Shown piece after piece: positions 1-6,518 of a stretch of 24,347 nt of DNA. The notes below the pieces were generated by a model. That model had not been told where the DNA came from. It did not search any database and saw only the letters and a program-made list of their open reading frames with translations. This stretch comes from a virus (taxonomy: Duplodnaviria > Caudoviricetes): the IMG/VR virus record IMGVR_UViG_3300037462_000235, positions 1-24,347 of that record, one strand, 5' to 3'. Position numbers and translations under genes: made by a program. Numbering within the stretch: position 1 is the stretch's first letter; each line of letters begins with the position of its first letter.

Positions 1-353
1 CGCAGCCGCCTGAAAAGCCCCCCGTGAAACCGCCTGTGGTGGTAGAGCCGCCCCCGCCGCCTGAGCTGCCCCCTGTGGTGGTGCCCCCACCCCCGGCCGG
101 TTCCCCGCCCGAATTGCCACCGGTCAGCGCCCCGCCGACCCTTGCGCCGTCGCCCGGTGACCGTGACCCGGTCGCTGCCGGACAGGCCATCCACTACGGC
201 TATTGCTGCCAGATCGACGGCAGGATGCATGTCAGCACCGCCTGGCTGCGCAACCCGGTCACCGCGCTGGAACAGTGCCGCGCCCGCGAAGAGCGGCTGC
301 AGTCGTTGCCCAGGTGCCCGCGCTGGGTCCACCGCCAGGAAGGCGGTGAGTGA
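1..353 (+). CDS. Proline-rich hypothetical protein, 5'-truncated by window edge
   Basis: The frame of ORF 24..353 is open back to base 3 (QPPEKPPVKPPVVVEPPPPPELPPVVVPPPP...). C-terminal Cys-containing segment (YGYCCQIDG...EQC...PRC). Its TGA overlaps the next ATG at 353. Confidence 0.65.
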   Translation, partial: QPPEKPPVKPPVVVEPPPPPELPPVVVPPPPAGSPPELPPVSAPPTLAPSPGDRDPVAAGQAIHYGYCCQIDGRMHVSTAWLRNPVTALEQCRAREERLQSLPRCPRWVHRQEGGE

Positions 354-421
354 TGGTGGCCTACAGCTTCCAGCCGCGCTTTGTCGAGCCGATCCGGCAG
401 GGTCTAAAGACCCAGACAATA
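353..421 (+). pseudogene. 5' remnant of an ASCH-domain protein gene
   Basis: MVAYSFQPRFVEPIRQGLKTQTI resembles the typical N-terminus of phage ASCH proteins (F..I..G.KTQTIR motif). The similarity stops abruptly after ~421, where the sequence becomes the antisense of the minus-strand gene. Confidence 0.65.
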
Positions 422-618
422 TCGTCGGCTTCCCGCACGGCGGCGGGCGACCACACATGTCCCGAGTCCTGTGCCGCATCGCGGATCATCGCAGCATTTT
501 TGAAGAACATCTCGGCGACGTCCGGGAAGGAAACGAACTCTGGCCTGCTGAGGTCGCGCGCAGGAAAAGCGTTGTCGATCAGCACCTCGACAAGAGTGCG
601 CGCGAGTTTATCGGACAC
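361..618 (-). CDS. Hypothetical protein, probably 3'-truncated/chimeric (last ~20 codons are antisense ASCH sequence)
   Basis: GTG start at 618 preceded by AAGGGA on the minus strand. Protein-like composition (MSDKLARTLVEVLIDNAFPARDLSRPEF...). Divergent from the promoter at 668. Confidence 0.55.
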   Translation of the reverse strand: MSDKLARTLVEVLIDNAFPARDLSRPEFVSFPDVAEMFFKNAAMIRDAAQDSGHVWSPAAVREADDIVWVFRPCRIGSTKRGWKL

Positions 619-667
619 TGGCGATTCCCTTGGGGGCGGGTTCGGTAAACCTGCTTGGAATCAGAAT

Positions 668-696
668 TTGACATTTCTGGGGACAACCCGCATTTT
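668..696 (+). promoter_or_regulatory. Putative sigma70 promoter for the antisense RNA/antirepressor operon
   Basis: Perfect TTGACA at 668-673, 17-nt spacer, CATTTT at 691-696 (keeps the -11A and -7T). Confidence 0.65.
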
Positions 697-704
697 GGTC
701 CCGT

Positions 705-757
705 TCGGACGCGTCCTGAAAAGCGCCCCGATCAAGACGACCGTAGGCGGTTACGCC
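705..757 (+). promoter_or_regulatory. Upstream antisense target region (c4 a1/b1-like)
   Basis: CTGAAAAG (716-723) is complementary to CTTTTCAG (856-863). AAGACGACCGTAGG (734-747) is 12/14 complementary to CCTACGGCAGTCTT (845-858). Small hairpin GGCG-GTTA-CGCC at 746-757. Confidence 0.7.
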
Positions 758-789
758 CCGACAGAGCCTCTCATTCGAGATCAGCTTCA

Positions 790-871
790 TCCGGGTGGCA
801 TGTGCAATGTCCAAGGCTTCGGCCCAAAGGCGCATGCGGATTGTCCTACGGCAGTCTTTTCAGCACCCGGA
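790..871 (+). ncRNA. C4/CI-like antisense RNA (P1 C4 / P4 CI type)
   Basis: Closing stem TCCGGGTG(790-797)/CACCCGGA(864-871). Arm GCATGTGC(798-805)/GCGCATGC(830-837) capped by GGC-TTCG-GCC. Second arm GATTGT/GCAGTC with loop CCTACG, and unpaired TTTTCAG. The loop and bulge are complementary to flanking sites. Lies directly upstream of an antirepressor gene. Confidence 0.75.
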
Positions 872-890
872 GCCGTTTCGGCTTCCGTAA

Positions 891-899
891 CCGTAGGAG
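891..899 (+). promoter_or_regulatory. Downstream antisense target overlapping the antirepressor Shine-Dalgarno
   Basis: CCGTAGG (891-897) repeats the upstream site at 741-747, is complementary to CCTACGG (845-851), and overlaps AGGAG (895-899) 6 nt before the ATG at 906. Confidence 0.7.
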
Positions 900-905
900 A
901 CCTAG

Positions 906-1589
906 ATGACCCTTCCAACCATCGCGGGGGTTCAATCCCGCATCCACAACCTTCCCGACCGTCCGCCGTTCATGATCATCCGCGAAATCGCGGAGGTCTT
1001 CGGGCTAGAGCAGCGCAACCTCGCGCGGCAGTTCCAGCGCACGAAGGACAAGTTTCCAGCGGGATACTACTTCGAGCTGACACCGGAGGAATACCGCGAG
1101 AAGTTGACCAAGAATTGGCAAACTTCCCAGGGCAGTCGTGCCGATGTGACGCAGTTCGCCTTCACCGAGAAGGGAGCGTTGTTCCTGCTTCGGTTCATCA
1201 CCGGCGACCAGGCGGACGCAGCCTTCACCATGCTGATCGAAGCCTTCGCGGACCAGCGCGACGGGACCTTGGACCGGCTGCGGGTTGCAGCCTTCAAGGA
1301 CGAGGTGGCCTACATCGGGCGGAGCAAGCTGCGGCTGGCGATCAAGCTGGCGGCAGAGGCGGGCTGGTCCTTTGGCAAGCTGTGGGACGAGCACGACTGG
1401 TCGGCTCCGAGGCTGGGCCGCGAGGTCGAGGACATGCGGATCAGGGGCTACATCCCGCAGGATTCGCTGTTCGTGCCCCACTACGTCTATCAGCGTCGGA
1501 AGTCCGAAAGGGCGCTGATGGAAAACCACGCAGAGGACGAGCGGCAGGGCAAGCTGAACCTTGGCCTGACCCTGGTCGCGGGTGGCTAA
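906..1589 (+). CDS. ORF6N (KilA-N-like) domain antirepressor-type DNA-binding protein
   Basis: Motifs IQSRIH...FMIIREIAEVFG....LARQFQRTKDKFPAGYYFELT.EE and FAFTEKGALFL...I....A.......IEAF are typical of ORF6N. AGGAG RBS and GC3-rich codon use. Confidence 0.85.
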   Translation: MTLPTIAGVQSRIHNLPDRPPFMIIREIAEVFGLEQRNLARQFQRTKDKFPAGYYFELTPEEYREKLTKNWQTSQGSRADVTQFAFTEKGALFLLRFITGDQADAAFTMLIEAFADQRDGTLDRLRVAAFKDEVAYIGRSKLRLAIKLAAEAGWSFGKLWDEHDWSAPRLGREVEDMRIRGYIPQDSLFVPHYVYQRRKSERALMENHAEDERQGKLNLGLTLVAGG

Positions 1590-1791
1590 CTTGTGCAACC
1601 ATTGTTCAGCCGACCCGCGCGACGCGGTGGGTGAAGTCGAGGTTGCACTCGGCGGCCTTCGTGTGCTGGTCAACCAACTGCCCCTCGGTTGTGAGGTGTC
1701 GTCTACTGGGCTTGGTGCCTTGCTTGGCCTCCTTCATGACCGACTCCGGCCCGCTTCCGACGCGTTGCAGGACTACATTCCCCGCACCTAA
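1582..1791 (+). CDS. Small hypothetical protein coupled to the antirepressor gene
   Basis: GTG start overlaps the upstream gene end. 69 aa, predicted helical (DAVGEVEVALGGLRVLVNQL...LGALLGLLHDRL). Confidence 0.6.
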   Translation: MANLCNHCSADPRDAVGEVEVALGGLRVLVNQLPLGCEVSSTGLGALLGLLHDRLRPASDALQDYIPRT

Positions 1792-1798
1792 AAGCGTA

Positions 1799-1820
1799 CG
1801 GCCCTTCTTCGGAAGGGCCG
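1799..1820 (+). promoter_or_regulatory. Stable hairpin covering the gemA ribosome-binding site (possible terminator/translational operator)
   Basis: CGGCCCTTC-TTCG-GAAGGGCCG, a 9-bp perfect stem with a cUUCGg loop, ending 1 nt before the ATG at 1822. No U-tract on the + strand. Confidence 0.6.
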
Positions 1821-1821
1821 C

Positions 1822-2259
1822 ATGACCCGCGCCCTACAGAAGCTGGTCCATGTCGGCTGCCGCGAGCTGGGGATCGATGGGGAGACCCGGCGCGATCTGC
1901 AGCTGGTGGTCACCGGCAAGGAATCCATGCTGGATATGGACGAGGCCGACCTGAACAAGCTGGTCACCGCCCTGAAGGAGCGCGGGTTCAAGCCCCATGC
2001 GGGCAAGGCCCGGGCCAAGCGCCCGGCGGCAAAGCGCGGCGACGTGCGGTTTGCCCATGTCCTTTGGGGCAAGCTGCACAAGGCCGGGGCGGTCACCCAG
2101 GGCGGGGCCAAGGGGCTGAACGCCTTCATCCGGGCCCGGTTCGAGAAGAGCTGGGGCGCGGCCGTCTTCGACATCGACACGATGCAGGACGCCCGCCAGA
2201 TCGCCACGCTGATCGAGGCCTTGAAGGGCATGTGCGCAAGAGCGGGGATCGATCTGTGA
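1822..2259 (+). CDS. gemA: Mu gp16/GemA family regulatory protein (DUF1018)
   Basis: LVHVGCRELGIDGETRRDLQLVVTGKESMLDMDEADLNKLVTALKERGF and C-terminal A..LIEALK.M match GemA. Expected position before the Mor/C gene. Confidence 0.88.
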   Translation: MTRALQKLVHVGCRELGIDGETRRDLQLVVTGKESMLDMDEADLNKLVTALKERGFKPHAGKARAKRPAAKRGDVRFAHVLWGKLHKAGAVTQGGAKGLNAFIRARFEKSWGAAVFDIDTMQDARQIATLIEALKGMCARAGIDL

Positions 2260-2540
2260 AAAAGCCCCGGGTCCGCATCACCGATCATGCCCTGGTCCGC
2301 TTTCTGGAGCGGGTCGGCGGCGTCGATGTCGACGGCTTGCGCCAGGCGCTGTCCCGCAGCCTGGAAGAGGCCGCGCGCCTGGGCGCGGCTGCGGTCGTGA
2401 TCGACGGCTACCGCTATGTCCTGCGGGTGGACGAGGACGGGCCAATCCTGGTGACGGTCGAGCCCTTCACCCAGGCGTCACCCATCCACCGGACCCCGCA
2501 CCCGCGCGTCCGCCCGCCACGGGGGGGGGACGAGGCATGA
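2256..2540 (+). CDS. Conserved small phage protein with (I/V)TDHAxxRxxER motif
   Basis: GTGA overlap with the gemA stop gives MKKPRVRITDHALVRFLERVGGVDV... The ORF-track start at 2064 is an upstream extension overlapping gemA. Confidence 0.75.
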   Translation: MKKPRVRITDHALVRFLERVGGVDVDGLRQALSRSLEEAARLGAAAVVIDGYRYVLRVDEDGPILVTVEPFTQASPIHRTPHPRVRPPRGGDEA

Positions 2541-2737
2541 TGCATTCTTCGATCCTGTATACCGCCGATTTCTCCCTTCGCCACTCGGAGGCAAAGACCC
2601 GGCTTTGGGCATCCGGTCAGGCTGAGACCGTGTTCGCCTGTCCGGGTTGTGGGAAAGCAGTCAGGGTTGCTTTGGATCGCAGGTCACAGGAGGCGACCTC
2701 GATGTGTTCAGGCGACTGTGGCGGATTGGCCTGGTGA
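2537..2737 (+). CDS. Small putative zinc-binding protein
   Basis: CPGC and CSGDC motifs. Start/stop overlaps on both sides fill the gap exactly. Confidence 0.6.
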   Translation: MMHSSILYTADFSLRHSEAKTRLWASGQAETVFACPGCGKAVRVALDRRSQEATSMCSGDCGGLAW

Positions 2738-3378
2738 TGTCCATGCACCCCCTTCTTTCCATCCGCCCGGCCGGGGGTTTCGGCCTGATCATGGCTGACC
2801 CGCCCTGGTCCTACGAGATGTTCTCGGCCAAGGGCTACCAGAAGGCGCCCGAGGCGCAGTACCAGACCATGTCGCTGGCTGATATCAAGGCCCTGCCGGT
2901 CGAGGCGCTGGCCGCGCCGGACTGCCTGTTGTGGCTTTGGGCCGTGAACCCGCAGCTGCCGCAGGCGATCGACGTGCTGCGTGCCTGGGGATTTACCTTC
3001 AAGACGGCTGGCACCTGGCTTAAGCGGTCCACGCGCGGCAAGGTGAGCTTCGGCACGGGCTACATCCTGCGGTCGTCAAACGAGCCCTTTCTGATCGGCA
3101 CCCGTGGCAACCCGAAGACGACCCGCGGCACCAGATCGTCCGTCATCACCCACGACGAGAGGTTCACGGGTACCGGCGACTGGTCGGACATCTGGCCGAA
3201 CGGAACCGTCACGATCGAAGCCTCAATCCGAGAGCACAGCCGGAAGCCGGAGCAAGCCTATTGGGCCTGTGAGGCCCTGATGCCTGAAGTTCGCAAGCTT
3301 GAGCTGTTCAGCCGCACGGACCGCGAAGGCTGGACAGCCTGGGGCGACGAGGCTGGCAAGTTCGAGGCCGCGCCATGA
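2737..3378 (+). CDS. MT-A70 family N6-adenine methyltransferase
   Basis: IMADPPW catalytic motif, Y.TMSLADIKALPV..LA..DCLLWLW, GTGY.LR...E..LIG.RG, EHSRKPE and LELFSR..R.GW..WGDE. Start placed at the ATG overlapping the upstream stop. Confidence 0.92.
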   Translation: MSMHPLLSIRPAGGFGLIMADPPWSYEMFSAKGYQKAPEAQYQTMSLADIKALPVEALAAPDCLLWLWAVNPQLPQAIDVLRAWGFTFKTAGTWLKRSTRGKVSFGTGYILRSSNEPFLIGTRGNPKTTRGTRSSVITHDERFTGTGDWSDIWPNGTVTIEASIREHSRKPEQAYWACEALMPEVRKLELFSRTDREGWTAWGDEAGKFEAAP

Positions 3379-3614
3379 TCCGCTGGAAGGACAGCGAGCC
3401 TAGCCGGTTGCACCCGCAAGAGCAGGCGCTGCTGATGCTGTGCGACCGGCTGACGATCCTGGAACAGGCCTTCACGGCCGAGAGCGACCGGCACAAGGCG
3501 ACCCGCGCCCGGCTGGACCTGGTGCAGAAGGACCTGAACCGCGCCCTTGCGGCCCTGGTCAAGCTGGAGCGTGAACACCGGGCGCTGATCGCCATTCTGG
3601 AGCGGGAAGAATGA
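3375..3614 (+). CDS. Small coiled-coil hypothetical protein
   Basis: ATGA overlaps at both ends. Heptad-like Leu pattern. Confidence 0.7.
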   Translation: MIRWKDSEPSRLHPQEQALLMLCDRLTILEQAFTAESDRHKATRARLDLVQKDLNRALAALVKLEREHRALIAILEREE

Positions 3615-3970
3615 CGGACCTGCCCCCGCCACCCGCCAGCATCGCCGAGTTTCACCGGATCCTCGGCCCCGAGCTGACCTGCCAGTTCCTGATGCGGTTC
3701 GGCGGGGCGGAGCTGTTCCTGTCGCCAAAGCCGCAGGGCCGATCCGAGGTCGAGAAGCTGATCGGCCCCGAAAAGATCAGCGAACTGGCCGAGCTGGGCT
3801 GGCCGCGCCGGGTGCCTTTGGCAAAGCGCTGGTGTGCCCAGTACCTGCGCGCCACAACAGGCTTGTCACAAGCCGAAATCGCCCGCAGACTGGGGGCCAG
3901 CGACGTGACGGTGCGGTCCTACCTCAAGGCTGCACCTGGTCGCGATCCCCGACAGATGCCGCTGATCTGA
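3611..3970 (+). CDS. Mor/C-family transcriptional activator (late-gene activator)
   Basis: ILGPELTCQFLMRFGGAELFL dimerisation-type region plus C-terminal HTH (GLSQAEIARRLGASDVTVRSYL). Last gene before the lysis operon, the position of Mu C. Confidence 0.82.
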   Translation: MTDLPPPPASIAEFHRILGPELTCQFLMRFGGAELFLSPKPQGRSEVEKLIGPEKISELAELGWPRRVPLAKRWCAQYLRATTGLSQAEIARRLGASDVTVRSYLKAAPGRDPRQMPLI

Positions 3971-3974
3971 CGCC

Positions 3975-4022
3975 ATCCGCAAAGGCCTGCGGATAACAAG
4001 GTGCCCACTGACATTGCAAAAT
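3975..4022 (+). promoter_or_regulatory. Late promoter Plys-like: activator palindrome plus -10
   Basis: ATCCGCA-N6-TGCGGAT (3975-3994), 22 nt, then CAAAAT (4017-4022). Same architecture at 12748-12795. Confidence 0.72.
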
Positions 4023-4075
4023 GGCCCGGAACCGTCCGGGCGCGCGCGCCCCGGGCCTGACCTGGGGAACATGCC

Positions 4076-5017
4076 ATGCGGATGAGTGCCAAGGGCCTTG
4101 CCTTTCTTGAAGCCCACGAAGGCGTGGTCCTGAAGGCTTACCGCGACCCGGTGGGCATCTGGACCATCGGCGCGGGCCTGACCTCGGCCTCGGGCGTCGT
4201 CAAGGTGCGCCCCGGCATGGTCCTGACGAAGGAAGAGGCGAGCAACCTTCTGGGCACCGCCCTGACCCGGAACTACGAACCCGGTGTTGTCCGAGCGATG
4301 GTCCAGATTCAGGGCAGCACGGTCATCAGTCCGAAGCAGCACGAGTTCGATGCCGCCGTATCCTTCCATTTCAACACCGGGGCCATCGCCCGCGCGACCT
4401 GGCTGAAGCGCTGGAAGGCCAAGGCAAAGCCCGATCTGATCCGGGCCGGTCTGATGGCCTGGAACAAGGCCGGAGGACGCGTCCTGCCGGGCCTGACGCG
4501 CCGCCGCCGCGAAGAGGCAGACATGCTGCTGGACGGCCGCTATGCGGGCATCAAGCCGGTCGAGCCGCGCCTTGGGCTTGCCCGCTGGGCGCTGGTTCTG
4601 TCGCCCGAGGAGATTGCGCGGGTTCGCGACGGGTTCCGGAAGCTGGGCTACAACCCCGGCCCGGATACCGATGGGGTCGTCACCGCGTCCGTCGTCAAGT
4701 TCCAGGCCGATCACGACCTGAAGGTCGACAACATCATCGGCCGCGCCACGCTGTCCACGCTGGATCGCGCCCTTGCCGCACGGTCGAAGGGCAAGGTCAT
4801 GGCCACGGCAGCCGCCGCATCGGGCGGGGCCACGGCCTTGCCAGAAGCGGCGGTGCAGGATGTGCCCGGCCTGGGCGAGATGCCCTGGGTCACCTGGGTT
4901 CTGCTTGGCCTGGCGATCCTTTACGCCCTGAAGCTGGCCTGGTCCTACCGCGACCAGGTGGCAGCGGCCGTGCAATCCCGTCTGCCGCGTCTTGCGGCCT
5001 TGCTGCGGAGCTTTTGA
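4076..5017 (+). CDS. Endolysin: GH24 lysozyme + peptidoglycan-binding domain + C-terminal membrane segment
   Basis: HEG..LKAYRDPVGIWTIGAG.T (E-D-T catalytic pattern), FDAAVSFHFNTG, GL.RRR.EEA. PG-binding LGY..G..DG.....V..FQADH.L.VD.IIG..T. Hydrophobic WVTWVLLGLAILYALKLAW. Confidence 0.92.
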   Translation: MRMSAKGLAFLEAHEGVVLKAYRDPVGIWTIGAGLTSASGVVKVRPGMVLTKEEASNLLGTALTRNYEPGVVRAMVQIQGSTVISPKQHEFDAAVSFHFNTGAIARATWLKRWKAKAKPDLIRAGLMAWNKAGGRVLPGLTRRRREEADMLLDGRYAGIKPVEPRLGLARWALVLSPEEIARVRDGFRKLGYNPGPDTDGVVTASVVKFQADHDLKVDNIIGRATLSTLDRALAARSKGKVMATAAAASGGATALPEAAVQDVPGLGEMPWVTWVLLGLAILYALKLAWSYRDQVAAAVQSRLPRLAALLRSF

Positions 5018-5343
5018 TGTCCTGGTTCGTGTCGATGGTGCGCTGGGTCCTGGCGCTGATGATTGCAGCCGCGCTGCTGTTCACGGTCCTTCTGGTCCAG
5101 GACGCCAAGGCGGCACCGCAATGCGATTCGGCCGAGCGGGTCCTGCAGCTTTTGGCAGACCGCTATGGCGAGGAGCGTGTCGGCGAAGGGTCAGCCGGGG
5201 GGGGCAAGCTTCTGATCTTTGCGCATCCGGACGGCGACACCTGGTCGGTCGTCATCCTGCTTCCGGACGGTCAGGCCTGCCTGTTGGCCTCGGGCGCGGA
5301 CTGGACGACCCTGAACCCTACCCCACCCGGATCGGAGACCTGA
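5017..5343 (+). CDS. Predicted secreted/periplasmic protein with two cysteines
   Basis: Hydrophobic N-terminus ending AKA-A (signal peptidase I-like), then PQC...L.DRYGE...G...TW.V....PDG.ACL.ASG..W. Confidence 0.75.
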   Translation: MSWFVSMVRWVLALMIAAALLFTVLLVQDAKAAPQCDSAERVLQLLADRYGEERVGEGSAGGGKLLIFAHPDGDTWSVVILLPDGQACLLASGADWTTLNPTPPGSET

Positions 5344-5344
5344 C

Positions 5345-5857
5345 ATGACGCCACTTGTCGCAATCGCCCTGCAAGCGGGCTTTCCGATGATCAAGGCGAT
5401 CCTTGAGCGCAAGCTGGGGGACAAGGGCGGCGCGCTGGTGGCCGATGTCATCGGGGCGGTCGCCAACCGCGCGGGTGTCGCACCCGAGCAGCTGGAAACG
5501 GTCGCCGTCGAGACGCCCGGCAAGATCATCGACGCCATGCGCCAAGTCGAGCCGATGACGCCGGAGTTGGTCGCGCTGTACACCAGCGGCCTTCAGCATC
5601 AGTTCGACCTTCTGCAGGCCGAGATGGCCGAGGGCGGCTGGAAAGCCGCCTGGCGGCCTGCGGGCATGTGGTTCATCCTGTTCTTGTGGTTCTACCAGAT
5701 CGTCGGACTGCACACCGCGAACGCGATCTTCAAGATCGCCCTGCCCGCGGCACCCTGGGAACACCTGATCACCTTCACCGGCTTCTACATGGCCCTCTAC
5801 ATGGGTGGCCACACGATCAAGGACGTGGTCGCGAACCTGGCAGGGGCGCGTCGGTGA
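5345..5857 (+). CDS. Holin, 3TM/gene-transfer-agent holin-like family
   Basis: WKAAWRPAGMW motif followed by two hydrophobic segments and YMGGHTIKD. Located in the lysis cassette. Confidence 0.75.
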   Translation: MTPLVAIALQAGFPMIKAILERKLGDKGGALVADVIGAVANRAGVAPEQLETVAVETPGKIIDAMRQVEPMTPELVALYTSGLQHQFDLLQAEMAEGGWKAAWRPAGMWFILFLWFYQIVGLHTANAIFKIALPAAPWEHLITFTGFYMALYMGGHTIKDVVANLAGARR

Positions 5858-6216
5858 TGGAATATGACTTCCGGGTTACGCTGCCGTTTGTGTTGACCGT
5901 CGTTACCCTGGTCTACACCTGGTGGCGGACGCGCGACCGCAACGTGGATGACCGGTTCAAGGCCGTCGAAAAGCGGTTCGAGCTTGGGTCCGAGCGGATG
6001 GACCGCCATGACAGCCGGCTTGCCAGCGTCGAGCAGACCCTGCGCGGCTTGCCTGCCAGGCAGGACATGCACGATCTGCAGATCTCGATCACCAAGCTTG
6101 ACGGAAAGCTGGAAACCATGGCCGCCGTGATGGAGGGCCGCAACCGCCTGATGGAACGGCTGGAGACCATCGTCGAGCGCCACGAAGATCACCTGCTGGA
6201 TGGAAGCCGGAAATGA
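5857..6216 (+). CDS. DUF2730-family protein (Mu gp25-like)
   Basis: N-terminal TM segment then coiled coil RLASVEQTLRGLP...DMHDL...I.KL.G.L. Start at the ATG overlapping the holin stop. Confidence 0.78.
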   Translation: MEYDFRVTLPFVLTVVTLVYTWWRTRDRNVDDRFKAVEKRFELGSERMDRHDSRLASVEQTLRGLPARQDMHDLQISITKLDGKLETMAAVMEGRNRLMERLETIVERHEDHLLDGSRK

Positions 6217-6515
6217 GCGAGTACCTGGAAACCCTGCGCGAGCACGCCCGCATCGCCATCCTGCGCCTCTTGGAAGAGGCCCCGAAGTACACCTCGAACG
6301 TCGCGATGATCACGACACTGCTGCAGGATTTCGGGATCGGCTTCACCCGCGACCAGGTGGACGGTGAAGCGTCCTGGCTGGAAGGGCAGGGTCTTGTCAC
6401 ACGGACCGAGCTGTCATCGGGCCTGGTGGTTCTGACTGCCACCCAGCGCGGGATCGACGTGGCCCAGGGCACCGTGCGGCACCCCGGGGTGCAGCGCCCG
6501 TCGCCCAAGAGGTAG
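6213..6515 (+). CDS. Mu gp26-like winged-helix protein
   Basis: RIAILRLL...P.Y.SN......L...G...TRDQV.....WL..QGLV..........T.RG.DVA.G...PGV.RPSP pattern. Confidence 0.85.
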   Translation: MSEYLETLREHARIAILRLLEEAPKYTSNVAMITTLLQDFGIGFTRDQVDGEASWLEGQGLVTRTELSSGLVVLTATQRGIDVAQGTVRHPGVQRPSPKR

Positions 6516-6518
6516 CCC

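Noticed and set aside
655-909. 84-aa ORF over the antisense RNA region (ash/icd-like)
   Set aside because: It starts upstream of the predicted promoter, has no RBS and has low-quality composition. The region is better explained as RNA structure.
350-1825. 491-aa ORF as a genuine protein
   Set aside because: Only the first ~23 residues look like a real (ASCH) protein. The rest overlaps a promoter, a structured RNA and the ORF6N gene in another frame. Kept only as a possible coupling frame.
4071-4085. Four-codon uORF (MPCG) overlapping the endolysin starts
   Set aside because: Its ATG is only 2 nt from the SD-like GGGGA, too close for efficient initiation.
5197-5204. G8 tract as a phase-variation switch
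   Set aside because: Short G runs encoding Gly-Gly are expected at this GC content, and there is no evidence of variation from a single sequence.
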